Shown in pieces: positions 45,497 to 46,575 of a DNA stretch of 46,575 nucleotides (positions are counted from its first letter, which is position 1; each line of letters opens with the position of its first letter). A program made the position numbers and the translations under genes. Origin of the DNA: a virus (Duplodnaviria; Caudoviricetes); IMG/VR virus record IMGVR_UViG_3300009529_000012, positions 1 to 46,575 of that record; one strand, given 5' to 3'. The notes beneath the pieces were generated by a model. It made no database searches. It had not been told where the DNA came from and saw only the letters and a program-made list of their open reading frames with translations.

Positions 45497-45733
45497 TTAG
45501 TTTATGGCGACTAATAGGTGGTTTTTGTTTGTGATCTTGTTTGTTTTTACGAGTATATCAATTAGTTTTTGGTATATGTCTATTGACAGACTTGGCCAGT
45601 AAGTCATAAGTGCTGCGTATAAATGACCTGAAGGAATACCTTGTTGACCTGCCTCTTTTACACAGTCACTAATGAGTTCAATAACAATTAATGCTTTGTT
45701 TTGTTTTATTGGCTTCATTTTTATTGGCTTCAT
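45497..45733 (-). CDS. early hypothetical protein (winged-helix-like) enclosed by a 28-bp inverted repeat
   Basis: GIPSGHLYAALM...Y..LI..L motif; arms 45752-45779 and 45462-45489. Confidence 0.65.
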   Translation of the reverse strand: MKPIKMKPIKQNKALIVIELISDCVKEAGQQGIPSGHLYAALMTYWPSLSIDIYQKLIDILVKTNKITNKNHLLVAIN

Positions 45734-45811
45734 ATTAAATGACCTTGCCTTCCGATGCCATATAATAAGCCATACTTTGTCAATTCGTTTCTGGTGAATT
45801 ATACCGTCATA

Positions 45812-45824
45812 TTGTCAAAGAACA
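45812..45824 (-). promoter_or_regulatory. boxA-like antitermination element
   Basis: TGTTCTTTGACAA. Confidence 0.6.
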
Positions 45825-45860
45825 TTTTGAATGTTAAAGAATGTTATCATGCTGTTGATT

Positions 45861-46097
45861 TTATTTGTCAAACTTGAATGAGTGAAAAACTTCTCTGGCC
45901 CAAAGGCCATCAGTCCTGATTGATGTCTGTAGTCTACATTGTAAGAAGTCGAGCTCCTCTTGCAATTTCTTTGCACAACTTAAACAGACTGGTTGCTGTG
46001 GATATCTGGATTTTTCATGGACTGTGCCAAATGGTATCCCACAGTATGTGTTGGTATTTGTCGGGTGTATAATGTGGACTTTATGTTGTCTGGACAT
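45861..46097 (-). CDS. early Zn-finger-like protein enclosed by a 27-bp inverted repeat
   Basis: VH...TYCG...VCLSC; arms 46117-46143 and 45826-45852. Confidence 0.65.
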   Translation of the reverse strand: MSRQHKVHIIHPTNTNTYCGIPFGTVHEKSRYPQQPVCLSCAKKLQEELDFLQCRLQTSIRTDGLWAREVFHSFKFDK

Positions 46098-46135
46098 GGT
46101 ATACCACCTTTCCCAGGCATGATAACATTATTTAA

Positions 46136-46148
46136 TTTTCAAAGAACA
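46136..46148 (-). promoter_or_regulatory. boxA-like antitermination element
   Basis: TGTTCTTTGAAAA after a C/A-only leader. Confidence 0.6.
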
Positions 46149-46183
46149 TGGTTTTTTGTTGTTTTGTTGTTGACCTGTATTGT

Positions 46184-46200
46184 TGCACAGGTTGTGCCAA
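46184..46200 (-). promoter_or_regulatory. sigma54 (-24/-12)-like promoter
   Basis: TTGGCACAACCTGTGCA: GG-N10-GC, one mismatch to TGGCAC-N5-TTGC. Confidence 0.55.
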
Positions 46201-46296
46201 ATGTCACGTTTTGGAGTAATTATTTTAAAACTCAATAAATTCAATGGGTTGTGCGAAGTTTGTTTTGTTGTTCTAACTTGTCACAATGGCGGGGAA

Positions 46297-46424
46297 GTAC
46301 AATATTTTGTACCTGGATTGATTCAATTTTTGAATTAATTGGGAAATTGTGTGTGAAGTCAATAACTTGTGGAAGGTACAATATTTTGTACCTGAATGAT
46401 GGGAAGTACAATATTTTGTACTTC
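46297..46424. promoter_or_regulatory. three identical palindromic sites GTACAA-TATT-TTGTAC
   Basis: copies at 46297-46312, 46376-46391, 46406-46421. Confidence 0.8.
46317..46339. repeat. motif A palindrome copy
   Basis: ATTGATTCAA TTT TTGAATTAAT. Confidence 0.85.
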
Positions 46425-46551
46425 TGTGTTGGTTCAATTATTGACGCAATGGAGAGTGTTTTGGGCGTCCATGCCCGTGCAAATGGGTATTTGTTTGATT
46501 GACAGGGGTCATTGGGTGCGTTTGAAATTTGTTGTTAGTTCTTTCTTTAGT

Positions 46552-46575
46552 AAAAAAAAAAAAAAAAAAAAAAAA
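46552..46575. repeat. terminal poly(A) homopolymer (24 nt)
   Basis: window ends in an A run. Confidence 0.9.

Noticed and set aside
45797-45818. TTGACA...TATAAT on the minus strand as a sigma70 promoter
   Set aside because: The spacer is only 9 nt; the TTGACA is part of the boxA-like motif.
731-46097. Stop-codon reassignment
   Set aside because: Core genes are full length in the standard code, and TAG, TGA and TAA all terminate genes at sensible junctions.
27440-46097. Lysogeny module or plasmid-prophage partition system
   Set aside because: No integrase, CI/Cro pair or ParA was recognised; the ParB domains occur in other contexts.
44879-46143. Gene-flanking inverted repeats as IS/MITE ends
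   Set aside because: Three unrelated arm sequences, no target duplications or transposase; the G-U-compatible mismatches and boxA motifs favour RNA pairing.
500-46450. Motif A as a CRISPR array or integron attC array
   Set aside because: Copies are kilobases apart with no regular spacers, there are no GTTRRRY cores, and no cas1 or integrase gene; the Cas4-like nuclease sits in an ordinary recombination module.

Overview
The window looks like an essentially complete ~46.5-kb dsDNA tailed phage genome, probably podovirus-like. I found no integrase, CI-like repressor, tape-measure or sheath gene. It has two converging arms. The + arm (731-27402) encodes an M15 peptidase endolysin, a ParB/Srx-like protein, terminase subunits, portal, scaffold, major capsid, tail, ejection-like proteins, a tail fibre and small membrane proteins. 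The - arm (46097-27440) encodes many small early genes, a Cas4/RecB-like nuclease, a Sak4-like ATPase, Lar-like and Tad2/DUF2829-like anti-defence candidates, an SSB-like protein, a ParB-DNA methyltransferase fusion, a DEDDh exonuclease, a UDG-PolA fusion and a DUF3987-like helicase. The most unusual signals are non-coding. (1) The first three early genes are each enclosed by their own 22-28-bp inverted repeat and preceded by a boxA-like motif, copying the layout of rRNA-operon processing stalks. They sit downstream of a sigma54-like promoter with IHF-like and UAS-like sites. (2) About 22 copies of a 23-bp palindrome (ATTGATTCAA-N3-TTGAATCAAT) lie at gene junctions, and four of them form two 83-bp inverted doublets. 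(3) There is a ~200-nt tRNA-like structured RNA. All protein calls come from motif recognition by eye; no database searches were run.
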